Assembly (NCBI GenBank): GCA_013239625.1
Contig: MU053881.1
Location: 7,897,957 to 7,957,956 of the forward strand
DNA length: 60,000 nt
Source of the DNA: Lama guanicoe
Taxonomy: Eukaryota
Direction of reading: 5' to 3'
Notes under the pieces: generated by a model
Database searches by the model: none
Told to the model about the DNA's origin: nothing
Seen by the model: only the letters and a program-made list of their open reading frames with translations
Translations under genes and position numbers: made by a program
Shown here: positions 1 to 12,612 of the stretch, piece after piece
Position numbering within the stretch: position 1 is the stretch's first letter
How the letters are laid out: each line of letters begins with the position of its first letter

Positions 1-375
1 AACCCCTGGAAGCTGCGGTTCCCATGTCAGCTGGCTTCCATCTGACTCCTGCCAAGGAGAGCCATTCGCGGGAGATGTGGGGGAGCAGACTGGAAGGGAG
101 AAGCCAGGATATTTCTTCTTCTTTGCCTAACAGCCTCTCTGGTAGTGATTATCTCCTTGGTGCTTGCACCTCCTGCCAGATGGGTCCCTGGGCTCCGGTA
201 ACATCACCTGTTCCCATTGTGCTTCCCTCCTAGGCTTGGGAACAGCTTCCGCTGTTGCTATGGGGATAGCGCAGCATCCTCTGTTGGGCTCTCAGCTCCT
301 CTGTCACCTGTACAACCAATTCCCTTGCATTAAATTCCCTCTGTAGGAAATACTTAAGGTAATTTCAGTGAATAC
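1..375 (+). mobile_element. ERVL-class solo LTR remnant (LTR33/LTR16-like), left end beyond window
   Basis: Motifs cagctggcttcc...gcgggagat...ggaagggagaagcc and terminal attaaattccctctgt...aaatac resemble the recalled LTR33 consensus. Confidence 0.6.
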
Positions 376-414
376 TCTAAGATGTGGACTGTTGTGTCAA
401 GAGCTTCAGTGGTG

Positions 415-850
415 AGCCAGCCAGCCAGATCCTGCCTCTTCGGAGTCCTCAGGTGAACAGGAAAGATAGACAGTAATCAACTCACCACCCAAAGAAATAT
501 ATGATGACAAACAATGGTCAGTGGACGAAGGGGAAGTCAGAGAGCTTTAGAAAAAGATGAAGAGGAGACACCCAATCGAGGATGGAGGGTCACGTTTGAG
601 CGGAGATCTGAGAGCAGTTAGGTGACCCAACTAACCTGAGACATTCCAGGGAGCGTGTGAAGCATACACAGGAGGGAGCTCTCCAGGGTCTGAAAGGAGG
701 TCACCATGACCAAGTGAAGGGCTTCAGGAGGAGGGCAGAAGGGGTAAGGTGGTGGCAGATGGTGCAGGGTCTTGTGGGATTTGGGTTTGGGAAAAGGAGT
801 CAGTGGTGTTGTTTCCTTGGAGCAGAAGGGACTACAGTTTGGGCTAGTAG
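415..850 (-). mobile_element. L2 LINE fragment
   Basis: Purine-rich L2 antisense-type text (cagatcctgcctc...gagcggagatctga...ggtgcagggtcttgtgg). Confidence 0.55.
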
Positions 851-1164
851 CTCCCTAAGGTAGGTCTTAGCTGAGCCACAGGAGGTCAGGGGCAGAAGCC
901 CCCTGGCTCCCCTAGTCCTGCTGGCGGGGTTTGAGCGGACATTTTTCTTCTCGAGTAATGAGGTAGCACATACTGGACACAGAGGCCATATGAGAGAACC
1001 TCAGAATGCAGGCACCAGGAAGAAGTTTCTAGAAGTTTCCAGCCACAGAGGGGCCTGCCCTTGAACTCACTGATAGATAGCCAGAGTGCAGGATGGAGCG
1101 GATTCTGGCTGTGGCTGGGAAAGGGGTCCTAAGGTTCTTTAGCACTTGTGTGCAGGCCGGGAGT

Positions 1165-1325
1165 CTGGGGCTGGCTGCCTGAGAATCCAAGGCACGTTTG
1201 CTCAAAACCGAGGTTCCCTGGCCTCACCTCTGGGGATTCAGATTCAGAATTTCTGAGGAAGGGCCTGGAATCTGTACTCTTGAAAGCTCCCTGGGGATTC
1301 TTATGCACAGCCAGGTTTAGCAGCC
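1165..1325. mobile_element. MER5-like hAT-Charlie MITE
   Basis: gattcagattcag...gggcctggaatctgtactcttgaaagctccctggggattcttatgcacagcc. Confidence 0.65.
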
Positions 1326-3624
1326 AGCGCTCACAGGCTGACTCTCAGATGGAACCCTGCCCCAGGTCTTGTTTGAGGTGTACCAGTCACTCCCTCCACA
1401 CTCCTCACTCCTGGGATGACTGTAGTTACCTGCTTCGGAAATGCTGGTTCTATGCTGTGAGTCTCTCCAGGTTGGCTGTCCCAGTGCCCATGGTATTTGT
1501 TGCTACTGTTGCTGTGGTGGTGGTGGCAGAGGATGGCTATTTTAAGAAAAAAACATTGAAAGAAGAGTAGGGGACAGTGTGGATCTCAGCATTTTGCAAA
1601 CTCCTTGCTGGACCCTTTGTCATGTGTTGTATCTTTCAAAACTTCTAAAGCACCATATACTGCCTAGCTAAGATGAGACCAGCTGAGGAAGAGTGACAGG
1701 CTTCTCTCAGTGCCAGACGGAACCCCCCATCCCACACTAGAGGAGGGATGGCTGCTTCGTTCCCACCTATCTAAAATCGTTGTCCTTTGTTTCCCACTTT
1801 AGAGAACCTGGGGGCACATCTGCCTTGAAAACAGCAGGAGGGACCATCTGCCATGCAGAGAAACATGGATACTGGCGTCTGGGGGCTCTCCTGCCCCCCT
1901 GCCTTTGATGTCCCACTTTCTTGGAAGCCAGGGAAGTCCCCACTCATAAGGCCTGGAAAAACAGAACAGTAGGAGAATAAAGAGAAAGGGGAGGGACTGG
2001 GGAGACGCCAACACACTTTTAGAACTCGAATAGTGACTCCGGATTCCTGAATTCTGGTCCTAGCTGCTTGCCCTCCTGCAAATCATTTATGTGTTGTTCA
2101 TGTGTAAAATGGGGTGGTTGTCCTGTGTAACCTCGAAGCTCTTTTAAAAAAAAAAGGTGTTTGTGCTCCTTGGCCTTGACCGTTCTCTCAGGAGAATACA
2201 AATCGATTATATAGGATGCTAGCCCTTCTAAAGGACGCTTCGTGGCTGAGAGCAGAAACATGGTTGGCTTTAGAGAAGGGTTGGCGTTGTTGCTGAGAAA
2301 GTTGACTGCCTCAAATCAAGGCCTCTGACAAAGGATTTTGGGAGCACCCGTGGAGTAGAGGTTGGTGCTGATCCCCTGGGCTTCAGGCTGGTGCTCTGTG
2401 GCCAACTCAGCTGGAGATCAAAGATCCAAAACTGGACCGTCTTTGAACAAGGGCAAAATGGTGCTGCCTGGCAGTGCCCATGTCATTTCTGCCCCTGGCT
2501 CAAACATGCTCTCTGTCCAGCTGAGAAAAATCACAGAAGGAATTTTCATGAACTCACAGACCTTTCGTTATTCCAGAAACCAGGGAGAGGACGGATCAGC
2601 ATTAGGACGGGGGTGAGCACTGTGCGGGGCTTGCAGGTCTCTTTAAGGCCGCGATCCGTCCTGCTGAGCTGGGCAGGCAGTGTTTGGTTTGGGTGTTGAC
2701 GCCAGGCAGTGCTGGTTCACGGCAGTCACCTCCTGCTTGTTTCCGTTTCATCAATTTTCATTAAGGCTTAAACAGCCATGTATGTGGCCTGGATTTGGGG
2801 AATTGGGGTGGATCTGGACAATTAAAACTCCTTCAAGTTTTGCAGGTTATCTCTGAGTAGGGAAAGATCGGAGAAAGGCTCCTCCCCCTCCCCCCCACTC
2901 TTTTATTGCTGTGTTAGTTGAAACGATTTCAGTGGGATTAATTGACTGTCGGAATGATTTGCATTTTATTGCCCAGGTCTGTTCATTGGGTCAGAAGATG
3001 TCATAAAAGTAGAAGCCCAAGGTTGTTGACAACCTCAGAGACAGCAGGCCGCTCCTCAAAGAAATTGGACCGGCCTTTCTCATTCCTTATAACTGCGTGC
3101 TGTAATAAGCCACATGTTTCCAGCCAACCCGCTCTGGCTCCAGGAGTCAGATTTTGTGTTTTTCCAGGACCCAGGGAATCAAGAAAGCCTGAGCAGAAGT
3201 AGGGGTGCTGCATTTAAGAAAGCAGGCAACCTGGGGTCTAGGAAAGATTGGACTTGGATGGCAAACCAGTAAGAATTTTCTCTAAAGCCTGGGTAGAAAT
3301 CTAATCTATGTGTTGGTGCTGTTGAACTTATAAAAAGTTTATAGCTGTAAATTCTTGTTGTCTGTAGTGGGTAGTAAATGCTCCCGCTGGGAGAAGCAGG
3401 GAACAGGAATGGGTGAAGTTGATCAGGTGGCCCGTGGAGGGCACTGGGCCCCTCGGGCACAGGGAGCCTTTGCGTGAATTAGGAAAAGGGACCCCTTCTT
3501 CCACACGGAAGCCAACTGGACCAGCTTTGATTCCACCCCTTCCGGGCCCCCTCAGCGGACACAACCTACCCAGCCAAACGCGGTGGCCCGCCCACCTGCA
3601 AGGGGCTCCTCTCAAGGCAACGTT

Positions 3625-3760
3625 TGTCACACAGGGTGTGGACCCAGCTTGCTAACAGGTTCTGATTTAAAAAAACAAAAACAAAACAAAAAAAACCCTG
3701 GAAATCGAATTTTTGTGTGAAATACCCTGATTTTTAAAATACAAGCCGCCACTTCAATAT
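3625..3760 (-). mobile_element. MER102-like hAT fragment
   Basis: ggaaatcgaatttttgtgtgaaataccctgatttttaaaat, similar to the element at 27690-27980. Confidence 0.45.
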
Positions 3761-5809
3761 TTTGTTTCTCCTGCCTAGTGGGGGATGACCCAGCAAGGCG
3801 TCTGCGAGGTGTGGACCGGGCTGCAGGTTGGCAGGCTCTGATACCACATTGCAAAGGAATCGCTGACACACCACCTCGACTCACGCACACAATCGAAGCT
3901 AAAGGCTTGAGGAGCTGGAATTCTTTCCTTTGGTTCTTACAGCAAATGAGCACACTTTAGAAAAGAGCAAGCACCAGGCCTGCGCTTGCTGAGACTGGTA
4001 AGGTGGGGACTGTTCTCCAAGAGCAGGGAGTACAATCCCGAGGGAGTGAGCAGCAGGGCCCCGAAGAGAGGGCTTTCCTGAGTGAGGCAGCGAGGGTTAA
4101 CCAGGAGGACAGTTCTGCTCCAGGTGGGTGTTTTCTGTAGCCCAGAATGAGCTTTACCTCTTTCATTGCCAGGCAGACGACCGAGAATTCCAGGTCTCCC
4201 CCTGGGGGCTTACAAATTGGGACGGGGCTGGAGGGTGGCCAGCAGGCCGGCTCCCGGGCGGACAGAGCTCGGAGCAAAGCTGTGTGCTTCCCAGAGGCCT
4301 GTGAGGGCCGACTCCAGCCCTGACAGTTTTTGGTCCTCCCTGCTGAGCCCAGATTGAGTGCACAGGGATGGATAATTAAACTACTCGGAATTGACAAACA
4401 CGCTGGAGAGGCTCCCCTTTGAAAAGCAGATCACAGGGACAGTTTCCTGTTTGCCAGTCTGCATCCCCAGATCTCATCACACTGGGAATGTGTGAAGTTT
4501 AACTAAGGCGTATTGATGGCACTCAACACCATTGCCCTTTTGCTGAAAGTTCTAATCATGGATTAGTGGTGATCCCTTTTCGAACCCCCATTTCATCTTC
4601 AGGTGTGTGCGCTTTGGAGACAGAGGGGCATGTTAGATCAGTCGAGCTTTCAGGGCCCCGTTACCCCCTTTTCATATGACTCTGTTCTCTTAAAGAACAG
4701 ATATATGTCCTTCAGCCCATAGATGGATAGTCGCACATGTATCCACATTACCATATGCATTTGACAGGTAGGTGTAAAGACACATTATATGTGGAAGTAG
4801 AGTCAACAATGAAGTTAGTTTGGGAGCCTTTGTGTGTCCCCTTCTCCCCACCCTCACCCCCCCCCCGCCCCCAAGGTGACCAGTTGGTTCCCAAATAGTA
4901 CAGAGAGACAGTGCACGCAAGGGAATCAACTTCTTATTTTGGGTAAGTTATGTCACATATGGTAGTCATTCAACAAAGATATTTTATCCAGTATCCACTT
5001 CTGCAATCACTTCTTTTTCTTTGGAGCTGTAAGAAAAAATGGACACCTTCAAGCTGTGGATTTGTCCCGTGTTGAACTGCTGGGAACACCTGTTTCGGTG
5101 ACCGTGGGAGTGGTGCTATGGAGGCGAGGAGGGAGCAGGGGCAGACTTAGCCAAAAGGATTAGGAAGCTGCATACAGTTGCTGATGAAGGTACCAACCTG
5201 AGGCAAAAAGTAAACAGTGGTTCTTACAGGAAAAAAAGTGTTAAATGGTTTCACATCTGTTTCTTCACTTCTTTCCAAGCTTGCCAGGATATTCTGAACT
5301 GATTCCATGGCAAACTGTGGTAACTCATTAGCCCTGATGCAGTCCTTCCTCCCATTCTGCCGTGTGATTTTAACACACACACACACACAGACACTTTTTC
5401 AAAATCCTAGGCATTGGGGTCAGAAGAGCAGGAGACAGAGCATCGAGAGACAAACATCCGACCGTGTGTGCGGTGGAGGAGACTTGCATGTTCTTTTTTT
5501 TTAATAAGTCGTCTCATTCTTGTTTGGAAATAGGTGAGGCATTCAGTATTTAAAAAATTATTTCAGTATTATCTTAACTCGATCTTTGGCCAAAAAACTC
5601 AAACTGGGAGTTCGGTAGATTAAAAAAGAAAAAATCAGAGCATAAAATACAAGCCCTTGCATCTTCAGCGTCTGGGAGCATCCTTGGGAGTATAAGGGGA
5701 AAATGGGATGGAGGAAGGCTAGAAAAAATTGAGTTTAAAACTAAACCATAGAAAGCAGTGGTCGGTTTGGTGTAGGTCTCCACTCATGGACCCATTCGCT
5801 GGGAAGGCC

Positions 5810-6180
5810 ACAGGCTGCAGAGTTCTGGCCAAGGACACATTCTGTTACTCTGTGCAAATCCTGCTGCCTTTCTGAGCTTGTCGGCCTCATCTGCAAAATG
5901 CATTAATAATCAGGACCTCGCAGAGAGTTGTTTATGTTAAGAGGGAAATTGAATATATATTACCTTGTATAATACTCACTACATGTTATGGTGCACAGGG
6001 CTCTGGAGTCAGATTGACCTGGGTTCAAATGCTGGCTCTGCAGCTGTGTGGCCTTGGGCAAAGCACTTAGCCCCTCTGAGCTTCCGTTTTCTCAGCTGAA
6101 AACCTGTGCTGATTACACGTGTGTCATTGTGAGGAGTGGCACATGTCTATAAAAGGGCCCAGTGCAGGGTCTGGCCCAGA
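5810..6180 (+). mobile_element. Two adjacent MIR SINEs
   Basis: ggctctggagtcagattgacctgggttcaaat...gtgtggccttgggcaaagcacttagcccctctgagcttccgttttctc MIR core; a second core at ~5860-5950. Confidence 0.8.
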
Positions 6181-6894
6181 ATGAATTTTTGGCCAACTTG
6201 GAGTGTTCTTGGCCGCTAGAGTTCATTCTGTCCAGGCTTTTACTTCCACCACCGCTGCCCAGTGCTCACGCCTCGGCCAGCTGTCTGCTGAGTGGGGTGT
6301 GTGCTGATGAGTGGGGGGAGCTGCTAGTGGCTTCTGGGACCTTCCCAGAGCAGGCCTCTCAGTTCCGCCTCCCCGTCTCCTTGGAGGCCCTGATGGGAGA
6401 TGGTCCTGAAGCATCCAGTCGCTCCAAAACATGCCATAAAAACCCCAGGAGGAGAGAGTCCGTCAGCACCTGTGCATTTGGGGACTCATGTCAGCAAAAT
6501 GGCTGGGAGCTTCCTGCCGAAACCCGAGGGCATGGCAGGTTTACTGAGGCCCTTCATTAAGATGAGTTATGAACCCGTGGGTCTCTCTGGCTCAGTTTGG
6601 CCCAGCCGGCCCCCTGCCTGCACACCGGGAAACCTTCTTCCTCTCCTCCCCTCCCAGGCTCCTTCCCACCCTGCCGTGCACCCCCTGCCCTTGTTTAATG
6701 AAAGAGAAAAGCATCGACTCCTCCAGGGGGTCCCCAGAGCGAGAGGCAGAGCTCAACCTGAGAAAACTGTTTTCTTGTAAGCGGCAGGCACCTGGCTGAC
6801 CAGGCCTGGCCCGGGCCCTTTGTGCAGAGCCCTCTGCTGTCCCCCCCATTTCCCCAGGCCATTTACAAGTCCGCACAGCTAGGAGGGCGGGGAG

Positions 6895-6896
<2 letters not shown>

Positions 6897-6947
<51 letters not shown>

Positions 6948-6950
6948 TGT
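6897..6950. repeat. (GT)n microsatellite
   Basis: ~27 GT units with one interruption. Confidence 0.98.
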
Positions 6951-7479
6951 TGGGGGGCAGGGGGGTGGTGCCCAGTGCAGCCACAGAGCTAGCTGTGCAG
7001 GCACAGGTCAGAGGTTATCCTGTCAGCTCCTCCAGGGTGCCTGGCTTTTTATGTTTTTGTTTTCTTTTTTCCTTGAAAGCCATGAAATATGATAAATGGG
7101 TGTTCAGGGAAACCAAGCACAAACGCTCTCCAGAGCAGTGGTTCTTAACGTTGAGGTGCTCGGGAATCACTCTGGAATCTGGGCATAGCAGGAAAGCCTG
7201 CAGCACAAAGGTGACATTTGGGGACAGCCAGCTGAGGACTCTGTGGGCTCAGATACCTGCAGCACTAGGGATGGAGGTCAGACCCTCGGAAAGTCTCCTT
7301 ACCGGACCGCAGAGTTGGCTGGACCGTAGAATGGTAGACTGGCCGACAGGTGCGGATAGGGACGTTTATGAAAAACAAGAGATGTTTAACAGAATAAAGA
7401 GGAACCTAATATTTACCGAGTGCCCACCATGGGCTTTGCAGCTCTTGCTGAGGAATAATAACTAACGTGCCTTGTACAG

Positions 7480-7702
7480 GTTCAAGAACCTGACAGCCTG
7501 GGATCAAACCCTGGTTCCATCACCTCAAGACAGGATCTTGGGCCAGGTATGTCCTGTCCCCCAGGCCCAGGTTTCTCGCCTTTACCATGGGCGTGACCGT
7601 AGCACCTACCCTCACAGAATTATTTCGTTGTGGGTTAGATGAGATCCTATATGTGGAAGCACTTAGCACCGTGCTTGGCATGTAAATGCTCAATAAATGG
7701 TT
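7480..7702 (+). mobile_element. MIR SINE
   Basis: cctgggatcaaaccctgg...tagcacctaccctcacag...aagcacttagcaccgtgcttggcatgtaaatgctcaataaatg. Confidence 0.8.
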
Positions 7703-8719
7703 GCAGCTCTCCTCATCTTCATCCCCAGCATCATCGTCAGCTTTGGGGGTGGGGCGGGGCAAAGCCTGGGATCCTGTCTCTGCCCCCCACTCTCTCCACC
7801 TGGTCAGTGGGAGTCTTCCTTTCAGCTGAAAGGATTGAAATTCTCTCTGCCAGGGACCCCGGATGAGAAGTAAAACTTCTTTGTTTAGCAAGAGGCTGTG
7901 AAATCAGAAAACAAAACAGCTGAAAGGAGGCAGGTGCCTGAGGACACGCCCCACTCTTTCATGCTCTGGTTTGCACAACCACCTGGGCAAACCCTGGCCT
8001 GAGAGCCTGGGGCTGGTTGAAGTGTGTTCACTCCCAGATGGAAAAGGAAGGAATTCAGCAGTGAGTCACTGCCTTGGGATACAGTGGGAGGCGGGCCAAG
8101 CACCTGCTTTCCTGTCTCTCTTCTTCATCTCTGTCTCTTTCACTCTCTTTTTTCTTTCCTGTTTAGGGAGTTAAAGGTGAAAGCTGATTTTGGGAAGCTA
8201 GGGTTCTTCTCAGATTGCCCCAGAATTCCATGCCATTGGAAAGCTTGAAATCTGGAGTCAAGAAGGAGAAGGACTCTGGGTTTGAACTATGACATTGAAA
8301 GGGATCATTAATGCTTCCAAGTCTCAATTTCCTTATCTTCTGAAGACAAACGATAATGGAGTCTCTGCTAGGCTGTAAGTGACTTGAGGGCAGGGATTGT
8401 AGTCTCTGTTTTTTTATTTTTTTTAACTGATTTCACTCTTGAGTGTCTAGTGTGGTATCTCCCGCACTGTTCGTGCTCAGTACGCACTTGAATGAGTGCA
8501 CACCGCTGGCCCTACTGAGCTGTTGAAATTATTTATTGAGATGCCGTGTGGGAAAGCCATTAGCTTGGTTATTTCCAGTGTGTATTTATTTTTACTTTTC
8601 TCATTTTAGACGTGCTCCTGAGAAAGAGGAGAGAAAGATAAAGAAAGGAAAGTGATGGGAAGAGGGTGCTGGGGGAAAAAGTAGAGACGGGAAGGGAGAG
8701 GCGGTGAGTAGGAGCAGTC

Positions 8720-8890
8720 CCGGGTTTGGAGGCTGCCGTCACCCTCACATGCTTGGTCTGTGGTTTCCGCTTGGCCATTTGTTCTGAGTCTCTGGTTCCT
8801 CATCTGTAAGATGCGGATAAAATCACTCATTTACTGGTGGTGAGTCTCCAAGGAGAAATGTATTTGTGAAGGCAGCTCCCAGAGTTCCTG
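8720..8890 (+). mobile_element. MIR SINE
   Basis: tctgagtctctggttcctcatctgtaagatg core. Confidence 0.6.
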
Positions 8891-9562
8891 GCGTGCATTG
8901 GGTCCAGAATGGCATGAAATCTGAAGGCGGAGAGGAAAAGAGAAACCAAAAAAATAAAAAGAAGTAGAACGTGAAGCAAACAAAAGGGTGAGAAAAGGAG
9001 GAGTTTGTAGTTTTTGCTTCAAAATCCAGCCTGTTCCTGCTGCTTCTGGCCAGTAAGGGTTGGATTCGGGCCTGAGAAGTCATTGCACTTGGACATCACC
9101 TTAGGGCAAAACTTCCTATTTTGTAACCTGATGTGACTCTACTGAAGCAGTGCGTGGTTTGGGTCAGGACTGAGTGATGTAAGCACAGGACACGGGCCCC
9201 AGTTGGGGGTGGGGGGAGCACTGGTAACGGGGGGCCCAGACTCTGCCCCTAGAAAGTAAAAAGGCCGTTTTCTGAATTCTGCAGCTTACAAACACCTGTC
9301 TTGATCCCGTGTGGGGTGGAGGCTGCCATTGTCAGCTGGCCCCGCAAGCCAGGCAACAAACTGGCTGTGTGTCCAGAGAGACGCGGCCTGAGAAGAGTAC
9401 ACCTGGGAAGTATTGCTACTTTTTAAAATAACATATAATATTTTTATGACATTTTCAATTTTAATAATTAAGGAAGTTGTGGGCGTTCATCCTGAAAATT
9501 TTAGAAAATGTAGAACACCCGTCAGGAAATAATACACCCTTGACTTTTTGATATCTATACCC

Positions 9563-9592
9563 GTGTGTGTGTGTGTGTGTGTGCGTGTGTGT
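9563..9592. repeat. (GT)n microsatellite
   Basis: Directly visible. Confidence 0.95.
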
Positions 9593-10379
9593 GAGTGCAC
9601 ATGCCTCTCTTTTTGGTGAAGGTGATGTAAAGTTGGAGTACATTTTTGTTGTTTTCTAAGCACTTAGATACTTGTCCCAAGACCCGTCAGTTCAGTTTAT
9701 TTCATTGACTGTCTATCAAGCCCTGTATTCAGTGAAATGAACTAGATTCTGTTTCTAATTAGCTCTTCTCAAGTCCCTGAAATTAAAAAGAATATTCTTG
9801 GGAAATGTTAATTGCAATATTCTAAAACATATTTTTTTACTGACATAAATCAAGAGTTAAATAGTACATTTACTGTGTTTTTTTTTAATTGAAGTATAGT
9901 CAGTTACAACGTGCCAGTCTCTGGTGTACCACTTAGTGTCCCAGTCATGCATATACGTACATATATTCGTTTTCATATTCTTTTTCATTAAAGGTCATTA
10001 CAAGATATTGAATATAGTTTCCTGTGCTATACAGAAGAAATTTGTTTTTTTAATCTATTTTTATATGTAGTAGTTAATATTTGCAAATCTTGAACTCCCA
10101 AATTTGTCCTTTCTCACCCTCTTTCCGCCGGTAACCATGAAATTGTTTAGTATGTCTGTGAATCTGTTTCTATTTTGTAAATGAGTTCATTAGTGTCTTC
10201 TTTTTTCTTTTTTTAGATTCCACATATGAGTGATACCATACAGTATTTTTCTTTCTCTTTCTGGCTTACTTCACTCAGAATGACAGTCTCCAGGTCCATC
10301 CATGTTGCTACAAATGACATCATTTTATTCTTTTTTATGGCTGAGTAGTGTTCCTTTGTATAAATACAACACAACTTCT

Positions 10380-10501
10380 TTTTTGTTGGCACGGGGAGGT
10401 AATTCAGTTTATTTGTTTACTTTACTGGAGGTACTGGGGATCAAACGTGGGATCTTATACATGCTAAGCATACACTCTACCACTAAGCTATACCCTCCCC
10501 C
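10380..10501 (-). mobile_element. tRNA-derived camelid-type SINE (vic-1-like) nested in L1
   Basis: Reverse complement reads ggggagggtatagcttagtggtagag...atccccagtacctcc; TSD caacacaacttct (10367-10379) / caccacaacttct (10502-10514). Confidence 0.92.
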
Positions 10502-10580
10502 CACCACAACTTCTGTATCCAGTCATTTGTTGATGGACATTTAGGTTGTTTCCATGTCTTGGCTATTGTATATAGTGCTG

Positions 10581-10908
10581 CTATGAACATTGGGTGCATG
10601 TATCTTTTTGAATTAGAGTTCCCTCCAGATGTATGCCCTGGAGTAGGATTGCTGGGTCATATATAAGTCTATTTTTCGTTTTTGAGGAATCTCCATACTG
10701 TTTTCCATAATGATTGCACCAAGCTACATTTCCACCAACAGTGTAGAAGTGTTCCCTTTTCTCCACACACTCTCCAGCATTTATTGTTTGTGGACTTTTT
10801 AATGATGGCCATTCTGACTGGTGTGGGGTGATACCTCATTGTAGTTTTGATTTGCATTTCCCTGGTAATTAGCAATATTGAGCATTTTTTCATGTGCCTA
10901 TTAGCCAT
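10581..10908 (-). pseudogene. Frameshifted L1 ORF2 C-terminal (cysteine-rich) remnant
   Basis: ORF track [10 protein letters not shown]...[23 protein letters not shown]...[19 protein letters not shown], continuing out of frame as ...YDPAILLQGIH. Confidence 0.92.
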
Positions 10909-11961
10909 TTGTAGGTCTTCATTGAAGAATTGCTTGTTTAGGTCTTCTGCCCATTTTTGGACTGGGTTGTTTGTTTTTCTGTTATTAAGTTGTGTGAGCT
11001 ATAAAACGTAACTCTTGAATGTCTAAAGACCGGAATTTCCTAAGATTGAGTTATAATATGTCCCCTACTGCTCTGAGGCTCTCAAGACAAATTTCTTCTG
11101 CCCTCTCTCTCCTCTTAGAGGAAGGGTGAGAGCAGGAAAAACCTGATTTTTGGCTACTTCTTTGCTGGGTAAGTTCTATAAAAAGAGATTTTAGCAAGCC
11201 GGAGAGAGCGGTGGGGAGAGGGGGTAAGTAGGAAGGAATGGGAGGTTGGAAAGAGGGAGAGGAGGCAAAGACAGGGGAAGCAGGAGGGCAGGGAAACGAG
11301 AGGGAACTGTGGCCGTGCTCTCCTCCAGCGTGGGACCTGCACTTGTCTAGCTAATATTTATTGATGCCCATCACATGCCAGCCCTGGGTAATAATCACAG
11401 CCTCCTGGACACGCCCTGATCCTGATACATGGTCTCTTTGATCTGTCTTGAGTCTAAAGGATCCTCAGCCCCTTTGGCCTTTAAAGAGCGCTCCTCATAA
11501 ACCTTTGGGGGACTCAGTTTACATTCTTTCCTGTGATCCCCTTGCAACCCCCTATGGCGGAGTCAGACCAGCCCGGCCCCAGGGCCACCACCGGACCTGT
11601 CCTCTCCTGAATGAAGCCTCCCTTAAGGGTCCTACCCTAGCTGGTGGGCCTTCTGCAGGGAACTCCCTCCCAGAGCACAAGGGGGCTCAGCTTCGGTAAG
11701 GAACCTTCCTGGGACACGGCTCACTGCGCTGCAGACGCTCTAAGAGGGGGTACAGCTATCACCCCACCCCTCCAAGATGCCCATACCTTTCCCCTCATCC
11801 GTCTGGTGGGGGTTTGTTGCATTAAAGCCTCCAGAGACAGACTAGATACATAAATCAATTGATCGATCAATAGAGTGGGAGAGAAGGGGGGCGGGGGGCA
11901 GGGTGCATCTTGTAGTAATGGATTACTTGATTTGATCATTCATACAAGAAATGTTTATTGA

Positions 11962-12125
11962 CAAAAAAAGGTAAATATATGAGGTCGGGGTGCATTAATT
12001 AACTGGATGGGGGAATCTTTTTTACAATGTAGACATATATCAAGTCACCACAGTGTACACCTTAGATATCTGACAATTTCATTTGTCTGTTATACCCCAA
12101 TAAAGAGCTGTCAAAATAAAAGTAA
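11962..12125 (+). mobile_element. Old L1M 3'-end fragment inserted in an L2 tail
   Basis: tatatcaagtcaccacagtgtacaccttagatat...ttataccccaataaag; flanked by ttattga at 11955-11961 and 12147-12153. Confidence 0.75.
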
Positions 12126-12146
12126 TCCATTTGGGGGGAAAAAGGG

Positions 12147-12420
12147 TTATTGAATGCCTGCTCCAGTTATGCGTCAGGCATTGGCCTTGGCCCTGAGATC
12201 GCTCAGGTAAACCAAACCGACAATTCCACAGTCCCGCCGAGGCGTCACAGACTACAGGCATACAGACAAACAGAACGTAAAGTGGAAATGTCAAGCTCTA
12301 GTGAGTCCTGTGTTGAGAGCGAAGTTGGAGGAGGTGGTTAGGAGTGGGGAGAACCCTGCTCGGGAAGCTGTGATGGTCAGAGGAGGCCTCCAAGGTGACA
12401 GGAAGGTGGCGACCTTCCAG
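12147..12420 (-). mobile_element. L2 fragment
   Basis: ttattgaatgcctgct...gtcaggcattg...ggtcagaggaggcctc...gaaggtggcgacc. Confidence 0.6.
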
Positions 12421-12424
12421 CTCA

Positions 12425-12612
12425 GTTCTAATTTGGTGCTTCCCACACTTTCACCTGGACCGAATCCCCTGGGGAGCCTGTTAGACCTGCAGGTTGTGAT
12501 TCAAAGGCCCGTGTGGGGTCTGAGACTTTGCACTTCTGACAGCCTCCCGGGTGATACTGACCTCACACCTTGATGTGTGCTGGACCACACTCTGGGTTAG
12601 CAAGGTTCTAAA
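12425..12612. mobile_element. MER5-like MITE
   Basis: gaatcccctggggagcctgtt...gggtctgagactttgcacttctgacagcctcccgggtgatactga...ggaccacactctg. Confidence 0.7.

Larger units (their letters stand above)
9878..11000 (-). mobile_element. 5'-truncated young LINE-1 (ORF2 3' end + 3'UTR + polyA), interrupted by a SINE
   Basis: Poly-T at ~9878-9886, L1 3'UTR text, and ORF2 C-terminal peptide on the - strand. Confidence 0.95.

Noticed and set aside
6899..7465. Longest ORF (188 aa, MCVCVCV...)
   Set aside because: It starts in a (GT)n microsatellite and has no recognisable domain; a chance ORF.
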